A DNA stretch of 64,000 nucleotides from Antedon mediterranea (Eukaryota > Animalia > Echinodermata). The position numbers and the translations under genes are program-made. The notes below the pieces were generated by a model. That model worked only from the letters and a program-made list of their open reading frames with translations, made no database searches and was not told the DNA's origin. The DNA lies in assembly GCF_964355755.1 (NCBI RefSeq), contig NC_092678.1, positions 10,724,352-10,788,351 on the forward strand, read 5' to 3'. This document shows positions 22,501 to 37,100 of this stretch, in pieces. Each line of letters begins with the position of its first letter. Within the stretch, counting starts at the first letter, position 1.

Positions 22501-24780
22501 AAAAGTTTTTTCGAAAATCACAAAATGGTCTAAAACGTCTCCAAATGCGATTTGAAGCTATTCTGTACACTTTGATGTTTTGTGTGAAAAAGTTTTGTCG
22601 AAATGCTCAAAATGGTCTAAAACGTTTTTAAAACGATATAAAGCTATTTTGTGCTCTTTGATGTTTTTGTGTAACCAAGTTATTTCGAAAATCACAAAAT
22701 GGTCTAAAACGTCTCCAAATGCGATTTGAAGCTTTTCTAAGCACTTTGCTGTTTTTATGTTAACAAGTTTTTTCGAAAATCACAAAATGGTCTAAAACGT
22801 TTTAAAATGCGATTTGAAGGTATTCTGAGCACTTTGGTGTTTTTGTGTGAAAAGTTTTAACGAAATGCTCAAAATGGTCTAAAACGGTTTCTAATGTGAT
22901 TTTAACCACTTTGATGTTTTTGTGTAACCAAGTTTTTTCGAAAATCACAAAATGGTCTAAAACGTCTCCAAATGCGATTTGAAGCTTTTCTAAACACTTT
23001 GGTGTTTTTATGTTAACAAGTTTTTTCGAAAATCACAAAATGGTCTAAAACGTCTCCAAATGCGATTTGAAGCTATTCTGTACACTTTGATGTTTTGTGT
23101 GAAAAAGTTTCTCGAAATGCTCAAAATGGTCTAAAACGTTTTCCAATACCATATTAAGCTATTTTGTGCAATTTGATGTTTTTGTGTAACCAAGTTTTTT
23201 GAAATGCGATTTGAAGATATTCTGAGCACTTTGGTGTTTTTATGTTAAAAAGTTTTTTCGAAAATCACAAAATGGTCTAAAACGTCTCCAAATGCGATTT
23301 GAAGATATTCTGAGCACTTTGGTGTTTTTATGTTAAAAAGTTTTTTCGAAAATCACAAAATGGTCTAAAACGTCTCCAAATGCGATTTGAAGCTATTCTG
23401 TACACTTTGATGTTTTGTGTGAAAAAGTTTTGTCGAAATGCTCAAAATGGTCTAAAACGTTTTTAAAACGATATTAAGCTATTTTGTGCTCTTTGATGTT
23501 TTTGTGTAACCAAGTTTTTTCGAAAATCACGAAATGGTCTAAAACGTCTTCAAATGCGATTTGAAGCTTTTCTAAGCACTTTGGTGTTTTTATGTTAACA
23601 AGTTTTTTCGCAAATCACAAAATGGTCTAAAACGTCTCCAAATGCGATTTGAAGATATTCTGAGCACATTGGTGTTTTTATGTTAAAAAGTTTTGTCGAA
23701 ATGCTCAAAATGGTCTAAAACGTTTTTAAAACGATATTAAGCTATTTTGTCCTCTTTGATGTTTTTATGTAACCAAGTTTCATCGAAATGAACAAAATGG
23801 TCTAAAACGTCTCCAAATGCGATTTGAAGCTTTTCCAAGCACTTTGCTGTTTTTATGTTAACAAGTTTTTTCGAAAATCACAAAATGGTCTAAAACGTCT
23901 CAAAATGCGATTTGAAGGTATTCTGAGCACTTTGGTGTTTTTGTGTGAAAAGTTTTAACGAAATGCTCAAAATGGTCTAAAACGGTTTCTAATGTGATTT
24001 TAAGCACTTTGATGTTTTTGTATAACCAAGTTTCATCGAAATTCACAAAATGGTCTAAAACGTCTCCAAATGCGATTTTAAGCTTTTCTAAGCACTTTGG
24101 TGTTTTTATGTTAACAAGGTTTTTCGAAAATCACAAAATGGTCTAAAACGTCTCCAAATGCGATTTGAAGATATTCTGAGCACTTTGGTGTTTTTATTTT
24201 AACAAGTTTTTTCGAAAATCACAAAATGGTCTAAAACGTCTCAAAATACGATATTAAGCTGTTTTGTGCACTTTGATGATTTGTGTGAAAAGTTTTAACG
24301 AAATGCTCAAAATGGTCTAAAACGGTTTCTAATGTGATTTTAAGCACTTTGATGTTTTTATGTAGCCAAGTTTTTTCGAAAATCACAAAATGGTCAAAAA
24401 CGTCTCCAAATGCGATTTGAAGCTTTTCTAAGCACTTTGGTTTTTTTATGTTAACAAGTTTTTTCGAAAATCACAAAATGGTCTAAAACGTCTTCAAATG
24501 CGATTTGAAGATATTCTGAGCACTTTGGTGTTTTTCTGTTAAAAAGTATTTTCGAAAATCACAAAATGGTCTAAAACGTCTCCAAATGCGATTTGAAGCT
24601 ATTCTGTACACTTTGATGTTTTGTGTGAAAAAGTTTTGTCAAAATGCTCAAAATGGTCTAAAACGTTTTTAAAACGATATTAAGCTATTTTGTGCTCTTT
24701 GATGTGTTTGTATAACCAAGTTTTTTCGAAAATCACAAAATGGTCTAAAACGTCTCCAAATGCGATTTGAAGCTTTTCCA
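16526..24780 (+). repeat. Duplicate of ~690-9115 lacking the transposon
   Basis: ATCATAAAAT at 771/16607 (offset 15836). The AACAGG variant precedes both the filled and the empty site (offset 16846). ORF ends 5247/20998 give 15751, and GTTTCTCG at 7444/23107 gives 15663. Confidence 0.85.
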
Positions 24781-25374
24781 AGCACTTTGCTGTTTTTATG
24801 TTAACAATTTTTTTCGAAAATCATAAAATGGTCTAAAACGTCTCCAAATGCGATTTGAAGCTATTCTGTACACTTTGATGTTTTGTGTGAAAAGTTTTGT
24901 CGAAATGCTCAAAATGGTCTAAAACGTTTTTAAAACGATATTAAGCTATTTTGTGCTCTTTGATGTTTTTGTGTAACCAAGTTTCATCGAAATGAACAAA
25001 ATGGTCTAAAACGTCTCCAAATGCGATTTGAAGCTTTTCTAAGCACTTTGGTGTTTTTATGTTAACACGTTTTTTCGAAAATCACAAAATGGTCTAAAAC
25101 GTCTCCAAATGCGATTTGAAGCTTTTCTAAGCACTTTGGTGTTTTTATGTTAACAAGTTTTTTCGAAAATCACAAAATGGTCTAAAACGTCTCAAAATGC
25201 GATTTGAAGGTATTCTGAGCACTTTGGTGTTTTTGTGTGAAAAGTTTTAACGAAATGCTCAAAATGGTATAAAACGGTTTCTAATGTGATTTTAACCACT
25301 TTGATGTTTTTGTGTAACCAAGTTCTTTTCGAAAATCACAAAATGGTCTAAAACGTCTCCAAATGCGATTTGAA

Positions 25375-28300
25375 GCTCTTCTGTACACTTTGATGTTTTG
25401 TGTGAAAAAGTTTTGTCGAAATGCTCAAAATGGTCTAAAACGTTTTTAAATACGATATTAAGCTGTTTTGTGCACTTTGATGATTTGTGTGAAAAGTTTT
25501 AACGAAATGCTCAAAATAGTCTATAACGGTTTCTAATGTGATTTTAAGCACTTTGATGTTTTTGTGTAATCAAGTTTTTTAGGAAATCACAAAATGGTCT
25601 AAAACGTCTCCAAATGCGATTTGAAGCTTTTCTAAGCACTTTGGTGTTTTTATGTTAACAAGTTTTTTCGAAAATCACAAAATGGTCTAAAACGTCTCAA
25701 AATGCGATTTGAAGGTATTCTGAGCACTTTGGTGTTTTTGTGTGAAAAGTTTTAACGAAATGCTCAAAATGGTCTAAAACGGTTTCTAATGTGATTTTAA
25801 CCACTTTGATGTTTTTGTGTAACCAAGTTTTTTCGAAAATCACAAAATGGTCTAAAACGTCTCCAAATGCGATTTGAAGCTATTCTGTACACTTTGATGT
25901 TTTGTGTGAAAAAAGTTTTGTCGAAATGCTCAAAATGGTCTAAAACGTTTTTAAAACGATATTAAGCTATTTTATGCTCTTTGATGTTTTTGTGTAACCA
26001 AGTTTTTTCGAAAATCACAAAATTGTCTAAAACGTCTCCGAATGCGATTTGAAGCTCTTCTGTACACTTTGATGTTTTGTGTGAAAAAGTTTTCTCGAAA
26101 TGCTAAAAATGGTATAAAAACGTTTTCCAATACCATATTAAGCTATTTTGTGCAATTTGATGTTTTTGTGTAACCAAGTTTTTTCGAAAATCACAAAATT
26201 GTCTAAAACGTCTCCGAATGCGATTTGAAGCTCTTCTGTACACTTTGATGTTTTGTGTGAAAAAGTTTTCTCGAAATGCTAAAAATGGTCTAAAACGTTT
26301 TCCAATACCATATTAAGCTATTTTGTGCAATTTGATGTTTTTGTGTAACAAAGTTTTTTCGAAAATCACAAAATGGTCTAAAACGTCTCCAAATGCGATT
26401 TGAAGATATTCTGAGCACTTTGGTGTTTTTATGTTAAAAAGTTTTTTGGAAAATCACAAAATGGTCTAAAACGACTCCAAATGCGATTTGAAGCTATCCT
26501 GTACACTTTGATGTTTTGTGTGAAAAAGTTTTGTCGAAATGCTCAAAATGATCTAAAACGTTTTTAAAACGATATTAAGCTATTTTGTGCTCTTTGATGT
26601 TTTTGTGTATCCAAGTTTCATCGAAATGAACAAAATGGTCTAAAACGTCTCCAAATGCGATTTGAAGGTATTCTGAGCACTTTGGTGTTTTTGTGTGAAA
26701 AGTTTTAACGAAATGCTCAAAATGGTCTAAAACGGTTTCTAATGTGATTTTAACCACTTTGATGTTTTTGTGTAACCAAGTTCTTTTCGAAAATCACAAA
26801 ATGGTCTAAAACGTCTCCAAATGCGATTTGAAGCTTTTCTAAGCACTTTGGTGTTTTTATGTTAAAAAGTTTTTTCGAAAATCACAAAATGGTCTAAAAC
26901 GTCTCCAAATGCGATTTGAAGCTCTTCTGTACACTTTGATGTTTTGTGTGAAAAAGTTTTGTCGAAATGCTCAAAATGGTCTAAAACGTTTTTAAATACG
27001 ATATTAAGCTGTTTTGTGCACTTTGATGATTTGTGTGAAAAGTTTTAACGAAATGTTCAAAATAGTCTAAAACGGTTTCTAATGTGATTTTAAGCACTTT
27101 GATGTTTTTGTGTAACCAAGTTTTTTCGGAAATCACAAAATGGTCTAAAACGTCTCAAAATGCGATTTGAAGCTTTTCTAAGCACTTTGGTGTTTTTATG
27201 TTAACAAGTTTTTTCGAAAATCACAAAATGGTCTAAAACGTCTCAAAATGCGATTGAAGGTATTCTGAGCACTTTGGTGTTTTTGTGTGAAAAGTTTTAA
27301 CGAAATGCTCAAAATGGTCTAAAACGGTTCTAATGTGATTTTAAGCACTTTGATGTTTTTGTATAACCAAGTTTCATCGAAATGCTCAAAATGATGTAAA
27401 ACGTTTTTAAAACGATATTAAGCTATTTTGTGCTCTTTGATGTTTTTGTGTAACCAAGTTTTTTCGAAAATCACAAAATGGTCTAAAACGTCTCCAAATG
27501 CGATTTGAAGCTTTTCTAAGCACTTTGGTGTTTTTATGTTAACAAGTTTTTTCGAAAATCACAAAATGGTCTAAAACGTCTCAAAATGCGATTTGAAGCT
27601 CTTCTGTACACTTTGATGTTTTGTGTGAAAAAGTTTTGTCGAAATGCTCAAAATGGTCTAAAACGTTTTTAAATACGATATTAAGCTGTTTTTTGCACTT
27701 TGATGATTTGTGTGAAAAGTTTTAACGAAATGCTCAAAATAGTCTATAACGGTTTCTAATGTGATTTTAAGCACTTTGATGTTTTTGTGTAATCAAGTTT
27801 TTTAGGAAATCACAAAATGGTCTAAAACGTCTCCAAATGCGATTTGAAGCTTTTCTAAGCACTTTGGTGTTTTTATGTTAACAAGTTTTTTCGAAAATCA
27901 CAAAATGGTCTAAAACGTCTCAAAATGCGATTTGAAGGTATTCTGAGCACTTTGGTGTTTTTGTGTGAAAAGTTTTAACGAAATGCTCAAAATGGTCTAA
28001 AACGGTTTCTAATGTGATTTTAACCACTTTGATGTTTTTGTGTAACCAAGTTTTTTCGAAAATCACAAAATGGTCTAAAACGTCTCCAAATGCGATTTGA
28101 AGCTATTCTGTACACTTTGATGTTTTGTGTGAAAAAAGTTTTGTCGAAATGCTCAAAATGGTCTAAAACGTTTTTAAAACGATATTAAGCTATTTTATGC
28201 TCTTTGATGTTTTTGTGTAACCAAGTTTTTTCGAAAATCACAAAATTGTCTAAAACGTCTCCGAATGCGATTTGAAGCTCTTCTGTACACTTTGATGTTT

Positions 28301-29820
28301 TGTGTGAAAAAGTTTTCTCGAAATGCTAAAAATGGTATAAAAACGTTTTCCAATACCATATTAAGCTATTTTGTGCAATTTGATGTTTTTGTGTAACCAA
28401 GTTTTTTCGAAAATCACAAAATTGTCTAAAACGTCTCCGAATGCGATTTGAAGCTCTTCTGTACACTTTGATGTTTTGTGTGAAAAAGTTTTCTCGAAAT
28501 GCTAAAAATGGTCTAAAACGTTTTCCAATACCATATTAAGCTATTTTGTGCAATTTGATGTTTTTGTGTAACAAAGTTTTTTCGAAAATCACAAAATGGT
28601 CTAAAACGTCTCCAAATGCGATTTGAAGATATTCTGAGCACTTTGGTGTTTTTATGTTAAAAAGTTTTTTGGAAAATCACAAAATGGTCTAAAACGACTC
28701 CAAATGCGATTTGAAGCTATCCTGTACACTTTGATGTTTTGTGTGAAAAAGTTTTGTCGAAATGCTCAAAATGATCTAAAACGTTTTTAAAACGATATTA
28801 AGCTATTTTGTGCTCTTTGATGTTTTTGTGTATCCAAGTTTCATCGAAATGAACAAAATGGTCTAAAACGTCTCCAAATGCGATTTGAAGGTATTCTGAG
28901 CACTTTGGTGTTTTTGTGTGAAAAGTTTTAACGAAATGCTCAAAATGGTCTAAAACGGTTTCTAATGTGATTTTAACCACTTTGATGTTTTTGTGTAACC
29001 AAGTTCTTTTCGAAAATCACAAAATGGTCTAAAACGTCTCCAAATGCGATTTGAAGCTTTTCTAAGCACTTTGGTGTTTTTATGTTAAAAAGTTTTTTCG
29101 AAAATCACAAAATGGTCTAAAACGTCTCCAAATGCGATTTGAAGCTCTTCTGTACACTTTGATGTTTTGTGTGAAAAAGTTTTGTCGAAATGCTCAAAAT
29201 GGTCTAAAACGTTTTTAAATACGATATTAAGCTGTTTTGTGCACTTTGATGATTTGTGTGAAAAGTTTTAACGAAATGTTCAAAATAGTCTAAAACGGTT
29301 TCTAATGTAATTTTAAGCACTTTGATGTTTTTGTGTAACCAAGTTTTTTCGGAAATCACAAAATGGTCTAAAACGTCTCAAAATGCGATTTGAAGCTTTT
29401 CTAAGCACTTTGGTGTTTTTATGTTAACAAGTTTTTTCGAAAATCACAAAATGGTCTAAAACGTCTCAAAATGCGATTGAAGGTATTCTGAGCACTTTGG
29501 TGTTTTTGTGTGAAAAGTTTTAACGAAATGCTCAAAATGGTCTAAAACGGTTCTAATGTGATTTTAAGCACTTTGATGTTTTTGTATAACCAAGTTTCAT
29601 CGAAATGCTCAAAATGATGTAAAACGTTTTTAAAACGATATTAAGCTATTTTGTGCTCTTTGATGTTTTTGTGTAACCAAGTTTTTTCGAAAATCACAAA
29701 ATGGTCTAAAACGTCTCCAAATGCGATTTGAAGCTTTTCTAAGGACTTTGGTGTTTTTATGTTAACAAGTTTTTTCGAAAATCACAAAATGGTCTAAAAC
29801 GTCTCAAAATGCGATTTGAA
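25375..29820 (+). repeat. Tandem duplication of a 2,223-bp higher-order unit (2 copies)
   Basis: Rare variant AGTCTATAAC at 25518 and 27741; identical spurious ORFs at 26575 and 28798. Both offsets are 2223. Confidence 0.9.
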
Positions 29821-31124
29821 GGTATTCTGAGCACTTTGGTGTTTTTGTGTGAAAAGTTTTAACGAAATGCTCAAAATGGTCTAAAACGGTTTCTAATGTG
29901 ATTTTAACCACTTTGATGTTTTTGTGTAACCAAGTTTTTTCGAAAATCACAAAATGGTCTAAAACGTCTCCAAATGCGATTTGAAGCTTTTCTAAGCACT
30001 TTGGTGTTTTTATGTTAACAAGTTTTTTCGAAAATCACAAAATGGTCTAAAACGTCTCAAATAGCGATTTGAAGCTATTCTGTACACTTTGATGTTTTGT
30101 GTGAAAAAAGTTTTGTCGAAATGCTCAAAATGGTCTAAAACGTTTTTAAAACGATATTAAGCTATTTTGTGCTCTTTGATGTTTTTGTGTAACCAAGTTT
30201 TTTCGAAAATCACAAAATGGTCTAAAACATCTCCAAATGCGATTTGAAGATATTCTGAGCACTTTGGTGTTTTTATGTTAAAAAGTTTTTTCGAAAATCA
30301 CAAAATGGTCTAAAACGTCTCCAAATGCGATTTGAAGCTCTTCTGTACACTTTGATGTTTTGTGTGAAAAAGTTTTGTCAAAATGCTCAAAATGGTCTAA
30401 AACGTTTTTAAAACGATATTAAGCTATTTTGTGCTCTTTGATGTTTTTGTATAACCAAGTTTTTTCGAAAATCACAAAATGGTCTATAACGTCTCCAAAT
30501 GCGATTTGAAGATATTCTGAGCACTTTGGTGTTTTTATGTTAAAAAGTTTTTTCGAAAATCACAAAATGGTCTAAAACGTCTCCAAATGCGATTTGAAGA
30601 TATTCTGAGCACTTTGGTGTTTTTATGTTAAAAAGTTTTTTCGAAAATCACAAAATGGTCTAAAACGTCTCCATATGCGATTTGAAGCTATTCTATACAC
30701 TTTGATGTTTTGTGTTAAAAAGTTTTGTCGAAATGCTCAAAATGGTTTAAAACGTTTTTAAAACGATATTAAGCTATTTTGTGCTCTTTGATGTTTTTGT
30801 GTAACCAAGTTTCATCGAAATGAACAAAATGGTCTAAAACGTCTCCAAATGCGATTTGAAGCTTTTCCAAGCACTTTGCTGTTTTTATGTTAACAAGTTT
30901 TTTCGAAAATCACAAAATTGTTTAAAACGTCTCAAAATGCGATTTGAAGGTATTCTGAGCACTTTGGTGTTTTTGTGTGAAAAGTTTTAACGAAAAGCTC
31001 AAAATGGTCTAAAACGGTTCTAATGTGATTTTAAGCACTTTGATGTTTTTGTACAACCAAGTTTCATCGAAATGCTCAAAATGGTCTAAAACGTTTTTAA
31101 AACGATATTAAGCTATTTTGTGCT

Positions 31125-34100
31125 CTTTGATGTTTTTGTGTAACCAAGTTTTTTCGAAAATCACAAAATGGTCTAAAACGTCTCCAAATGCGATTTGAAG
31201 CTTTTCTAAGCACTTTGGTGTTTTTATGTTAACAAGTTTTTTCGAAAATCACAAAATGGTCTAAAACGTCTCCAAATGCGATTTGAAGCTATTCTGTACA
31301 CTTTGATGTTTTGTGTGAAAAAAGTTTTGTCGAAATGCTCAAAATGGTCTAAAACGTTTTTAAAACGATATTAAGCTATTTTGTGCTCTTTGATGTTTTT
31401 GTGTAACCAAGTTTTATCGAAATGAACAAAATGGTCTAAAACGTCTCCAAATGCGATTTGAAGCTTTTCTAAGCACTTTGCTGTTTTTATGTTAACTAGT
31501 TTTTTCGAAAATCACAAAATGGTCTAAAACGTCTCCAAATGCGATTTGAAGATATTCTGAGCACTTTGGTGTTTTTATGTTAAAAAGTTTTTTCGAAAAT
31601 CACAAAATGGTCTAAAACGTCTCCAAATGCGATTTGAAGATATTCTGAGCACTTTGGTGTTTTTATGTTAAAAAGTTTTTTCGAAAATCACAAAATGGTC
31701 TAAAACGTCTCCAAATGCGATTTGAAGCTATTCTGTACACTTTGATGTTTTGTGTGAAAAAGTTTTGTCGAAATGCTCAAAATGGTCTAAAACGTTTTTA
31801 AAACGATATAAAGCTATTTTGTGCTCTTTGATGTTTTTGTGTAACCAAGTTTTTTCGAAAATCACAAAATGGTCTAAAACGTCTCCAAATGCGATTTGAA
31901 GCTTTTCTAAGCACTTTGGTGTTTTTATGTTAACAAGTTTTTTCGAAAATCACAAAATGGTCTAAAACGTTTTAAAATGCGATTTGAAGGTATTCTGAGC
32001 ACTTTGGTGTTTTTGTGTGAAAAGTTTTAACGAAATGCTCAAAATGGTCTAAAACGGTTTCTAATGTGATTTTAACCACTTTGATGTTTTTGTGTAACCA
32101 AGTTTTTTCGAAAATCACAAAATGGTCTAAAACGTCTCCAAATTCGATTTGAAGCTTTTCTAAACACTTTGGTGTTTTTATGTTAACAAGTTTTTTCGAA
32201 AATCACAAAATGGTCTAAAACGTCTCCAAATGCGATTTGAAGCTATTCTGTACACTTTGATGTTTTGTGTGAAAAAGTTTCTCGAAATGCTCAAAATGGT
32301 CTAAAACGTTTTCCAATACCATATTAAGCTATTTTGTGCAATTTGATGTTTTTGTGTAACCAAGTTTTTTGAAATGCGATTTGAAGATATTCTGAGCACT
32401 TTGGTGTTTTTATGTTAAAAAGTTTTTTCGAAAATCACAAAATGGTCTAAAACGTCTCCAAATGCGATTTGAAGATATTCTGAGCACTTTGGTGTTTTTA
32501 TGTTAAAAAGTTTTTTCGAAAATCACAAAATGGTCTAAAACGTCTCCAAATGCGATTTGAAGCTATTCTGTACACTTTGATGTTTTGTGTGAAAAAGTTT
32601 TGTCGAAATGCTCAAAATGGTCTAAAACGTTTTTAAAACGATATTAAGCTATTTTGTGCTCTTTGATGTTTTTGTGTAACCAAGTTTTTTCGAAAATCAC
32701 GAAATGGTCTAAAACGTCTTCAAATGCGATTTGAAGCTTTTCTAAGCACTTTGGTGTTTTTATGTTAACAAGTTTTTTCGCAAATCACAAAATGGTCTAA
32801 AACGTCTCCAAATGCGATTTGAAGATATTCTGAGCACATTGGTGTTTTTATGTTAAAAAGTTTTGTCGAAATGCTCAAAATGGTCTAAAACGTTTTTAAA
32901 ACGATATTAAGCTATTTTGTCCTCTTTGATGTTTTTATGTAACCAAGTTTCATCGAAATGAACAAAATGGTCTAAAACGTCTCCAAATGCGATTTGAAGC
33001 TTTTCCAAGCACTTTGCTGTTTTTATGTTAACAAGTTTTTTCGAAAATCACAAAATGGTCTAAAACGTCTCCAAATGCGATTTGAAGGTATTCTGAGCAC
33101 TTTGGTGTTTTTGTGTGAAAAGTTTTAACGAAATGCTCAAAATGGTCTAAAACGGTTTCTAATGTGATTTTAAGCACTTTGATGTTTTTGTATAACCAAG
33201 TTTCATCGAAATGCACAAAATGGTCTAAAACGTCTCCAAATGCGATTTTAAGCTTTTCTAAGCACTTTGGTGTTTTTATGTTAACAAGGTTTTTCGAAAA
33301 TCACAAAATGGTCTAAAACGTCTCCAAATGCGATTTGAAGATATTCTGAGCACTTTGGTGTTTTTATGTTAACAAGTTTTTTCGAAAATCACAAAATGGT
33401 CTAAAACGTCTCAAAATACGATATTAAGCTGTTTTGTGCACTTTGATGATTTGTGTGAAAAGTTTTAACGAAATGCTCAAAATGGTCTAAAACGGTTTCT
33501 AATGTGATTTTAAGCACTTTGATGTTTTTATGTAGCCAAGTTTTTTCGAAAATCACAAAATGGTCAAAAACGTCTCCAAATGCGATTTGAAGCTTTTCTA
33601 AGCACTTTGGTTTTTTTATGTTAACAAGTTTTTTCGAAAATCACAAAATGGTCTAAAACGTCTTCAAATGCGATTTGAAGATATTCTGAGCACTTTGGTG
33701 TTTTTCTGTTAAAAAGTATTTTCGAAAATCACAAAATGGTCTAAAACGTCTCCAAATGCGATTTGAAGCTATTCTGTACACTTTGATGTTTTGTGTGAAA
33801 AAGTTTTGTCAAAATGCTCAAAATGGTCTAAAACGTTTTTAAAACGATATTAAGCTATTTTGTGCTCTTTGATGTGTTTGTATAACCAAGTTTTTTCGAA
33901 AATCACAAAATGGTCTAAAACGTCTCCAAATGCGATTTGAAGCTTTTCTAAGCACTTTGCTGTTTTTATGTTAACAAGTTTTTTCGAAAATCACAAAATG
34001 GTCTAAAACGTCTCCAAATGCGATTTGAAGCTTTTCTAAGCACTTTGGTGTTTTTATGTTAACAAGTTTTTTCGAAAATCACAAAATGGTCTAAAACGTC

Positions 34101-37100
34101 TCAAAATGCGATTTGAAGGTATTCTGATCCCTTTGGTGTTTTTGTGTGAAAAGTTTTAACGAAATGCTCAAAATGGTCTAAAACGGTTTCTAATGTGATT
34201 TTAACCACTTTGATGTTTTTGTGTAACCAAGTTCTTTTCGAAAATCACAAAATGGTCTAAAACGTCTCCAAATGCGATTTGAAGCTCTTCTGTACACTTT
34301 GGTGTTTTTATGTTAACAAGTTTTTTCGAAAATCACAAAATGGTCTAAAACGTCTCAAAATGCGATTTGAAGGTATTCTGAGCACTTTGGTGTTTTTGTG
34401 TGAAAAGTTTTAACGAAATGCTCAAAATGGTCTAAAACGGTTTCTAATGTGATTTTAACCACTTTGATGTTTTTGTGTAACCAAGTTTTTTCGAAAATCA
34501 CAAAATGGTCTAAAACGTCTCCAAATGCGATTTGAAGCTATTCTGTACACTTTGATGTTTTGTGTGAAAAAAGTTTTGTCGAAATGCTCAAAATGGTCTC
34601 AAACGTTTTTAAAACGATATTAAGCTATTTTATGCTCTTTGATGTTTTTGTGTAACCAAGTTTTTTCGAAAATCACAAAATTGTCTAAAACGTCTCCGAA
34701 TGCGATTTGAAGCTCTTCTGTACACTTTGATGTTTTGTGTGAAAAAGTTTTCTCGAAATGCTAAAAATGGTCTAAAACGTTTTCCAATACCATATTAAGC
34801 TATTTTGTGCAATTTGATGTTTTTGTGTAACCAAGTTTTTTCGAAAATCACAAAATGGTCTAAAACGTCTCCAAATGCGATTTGAAGATATTCTGAGCAC
34901 TTTGGTGTTTTTATGTTAAAAAGTTTTTTGGAAAATCACAAAATGGTCTAAAACGACTCCAAATGCGATTTGAAGCTATCCTGTACACTTTGATGTTTTG
35001 TGTGAAAAAGTTTTGTCGAAATGCTCAAAATGATCTAAAACGTTTTTAAAACGATATTAAGCTATTTTGTGCTCTTTGATGTTTTTGTGTATCCAAGTTT
35101 CATCGAAATGAACAAAATGGTCTAAAACGTCTCCAAATGCGATTTGAAGGTATTCTGAGCACTTTGGTGTTTTTGTGTGAAAAGTTTTAACGAAATGCTC
35201 AAAATGGTCTAAAACGGTTTCTAATGTGATTTTAACCACTTTGATGTTTTTGTGTAACCAAGTTCTTTTCGAAAATCACAAAATGGTCTAAAACGTCTCC
35301 AAATGCTATTTGAAGCTTTTCTAAGCACTTTGGTGTTTTTATGTTAAAAAGTTTTTTCGAAAATCACAAAATGGTCTAAAACGTCTCCAAATGCGATTTG
35401 AAGCTCTTCTGTACACTTTGATGTTTTGTGTGAAAAAGTTTTGTCGAAATGCTCAAAATGGTCTAAAACGTTTTTAAATACGATATTAAGCTGTTTTGTG
35501 CACTTTGATGATTTGTGTGAAAAGTTTTAACGAAATGTTCAAAATAGTCTAAAACGGTTTCTAATGTGATTTTAAGCACTTTGATGTTTTTGTGTAACCA
35601 AGTTTTTTCGGAAATCACAAAATGGTCTAAAACGTCTCAAAATGCGATTTGAAGCTTTTCTAAGCACTTTGGTGTTTTTATGTTAACAAGTTTTTTCGAA
35701 AATCACAAAATGGTCTAAAACGTCTCAAAATGCGATTGAAGGTATTCTGAGCACTTTGGTGTTTTTGTGTGAAAAGTTTTAACGAAATGCTCAAAATGGT
35801 CTAAAACGGTTCTAATGTGATTTTAAGCACTTTGATGTTTTTGTATAACCAAGTTTCATCGAAATGCTCAAAATGATGTAAAACGTTTTTAAAACGATAT
35901 TAAGCTATTTTGTGCTCTTTGATGTTTTTGTGTAACCAAGTTTTTTCGAAAATCACAAAATGGTCTAAAACGTCTCCAAATGCGATTTGAAGCTTTTCTA
36001 AGCACTTTGGTGTTTTTATGTTAAGTTTTTTCGAAAATCACAAAATGGTCTAAAACGTCTCAAAATGCGATTTGAAGGTATTCTGAGCACTTTGGTGTTT
36101 TTGTGTGAAAAGTTTTAACGAAATGCTCAAAATGGTCTAAAACGGTTTCTAATGTGATTTTAACCACTTTGATGTTTTTGTGTAACCAAGTTTTTTCGAA
36201 AATCACAAAATGGTCTAAAACGTCTCCAAATGCGATTTGAAGCTTTTCTAAGCACTTTGGTGTTTTTATGTTAACAAGTTTTTTCGAAAATCACAAAATG
36301 GTCTAAAACGTCTCAAATAGCGATTTGAAGCTATTCTGTACACTTTGATGTTTTGTGTGAAAAAAGTTTTGTCGAAATGCTCAAAATGGTCTAAAACGTT
36401 TTTAAAACGATATTAAGCTATTTTGTGCTCTTTGATGTTTTTGTGTAACCAAGTTTTATCGAAATGAACAAAATGGTCTAAAACGTCTCCAAATGCGATT
36501 TGAAGCTTTTCCAAGCACTTTGCTGTTTTTATGTTAACAAGTTTTTTCGAAAATCACAAAATGGTCTAAAACGTCTCCAAATGCGATTTGAAGATATTCT
36601 GAGCACTTTGGTGTTTTTATGTTAAAAAGTTTTTTCGAAAATCACAAAATGGTCTAAAACGTCTCCAAATGCGATTTGAAGCTATTCTATACACTTTGAT
36701 GTTTTGTGTTAAAAAGTTTTGTCGAAATGCTCAAAATGGTTTAAAACGTTTTTAAAACGATATTAAGCTATTTTGTGCTCTTTGATGTTTTTGTGTAACC
36801 AAGTTTCATCGAAATGAACAAAATGGTCTAAAACGTCTCCAAATGCGATTTGAAGCTTTTCCAAGCACTTTGCTGTTTTTATGTTAACAAGTTTTTTCGA
36901 AAATCACAAAATTGTCTAAAACGTCTCAAAATGCGATTTGAAGGTATTCTGAGCACTTTGGTGTTTTTGTGTGAAAAGTTTTAACGAAAAGCTCAAAATG
37001 GTCTAAAACGGTTCTAATGTGATTTTAAGCACTTTGATGTTTTTGTACAACCAAGTTTCATCGAAATGCTCAAAATGGTCTAAAACGTTTTTAAAACGAT

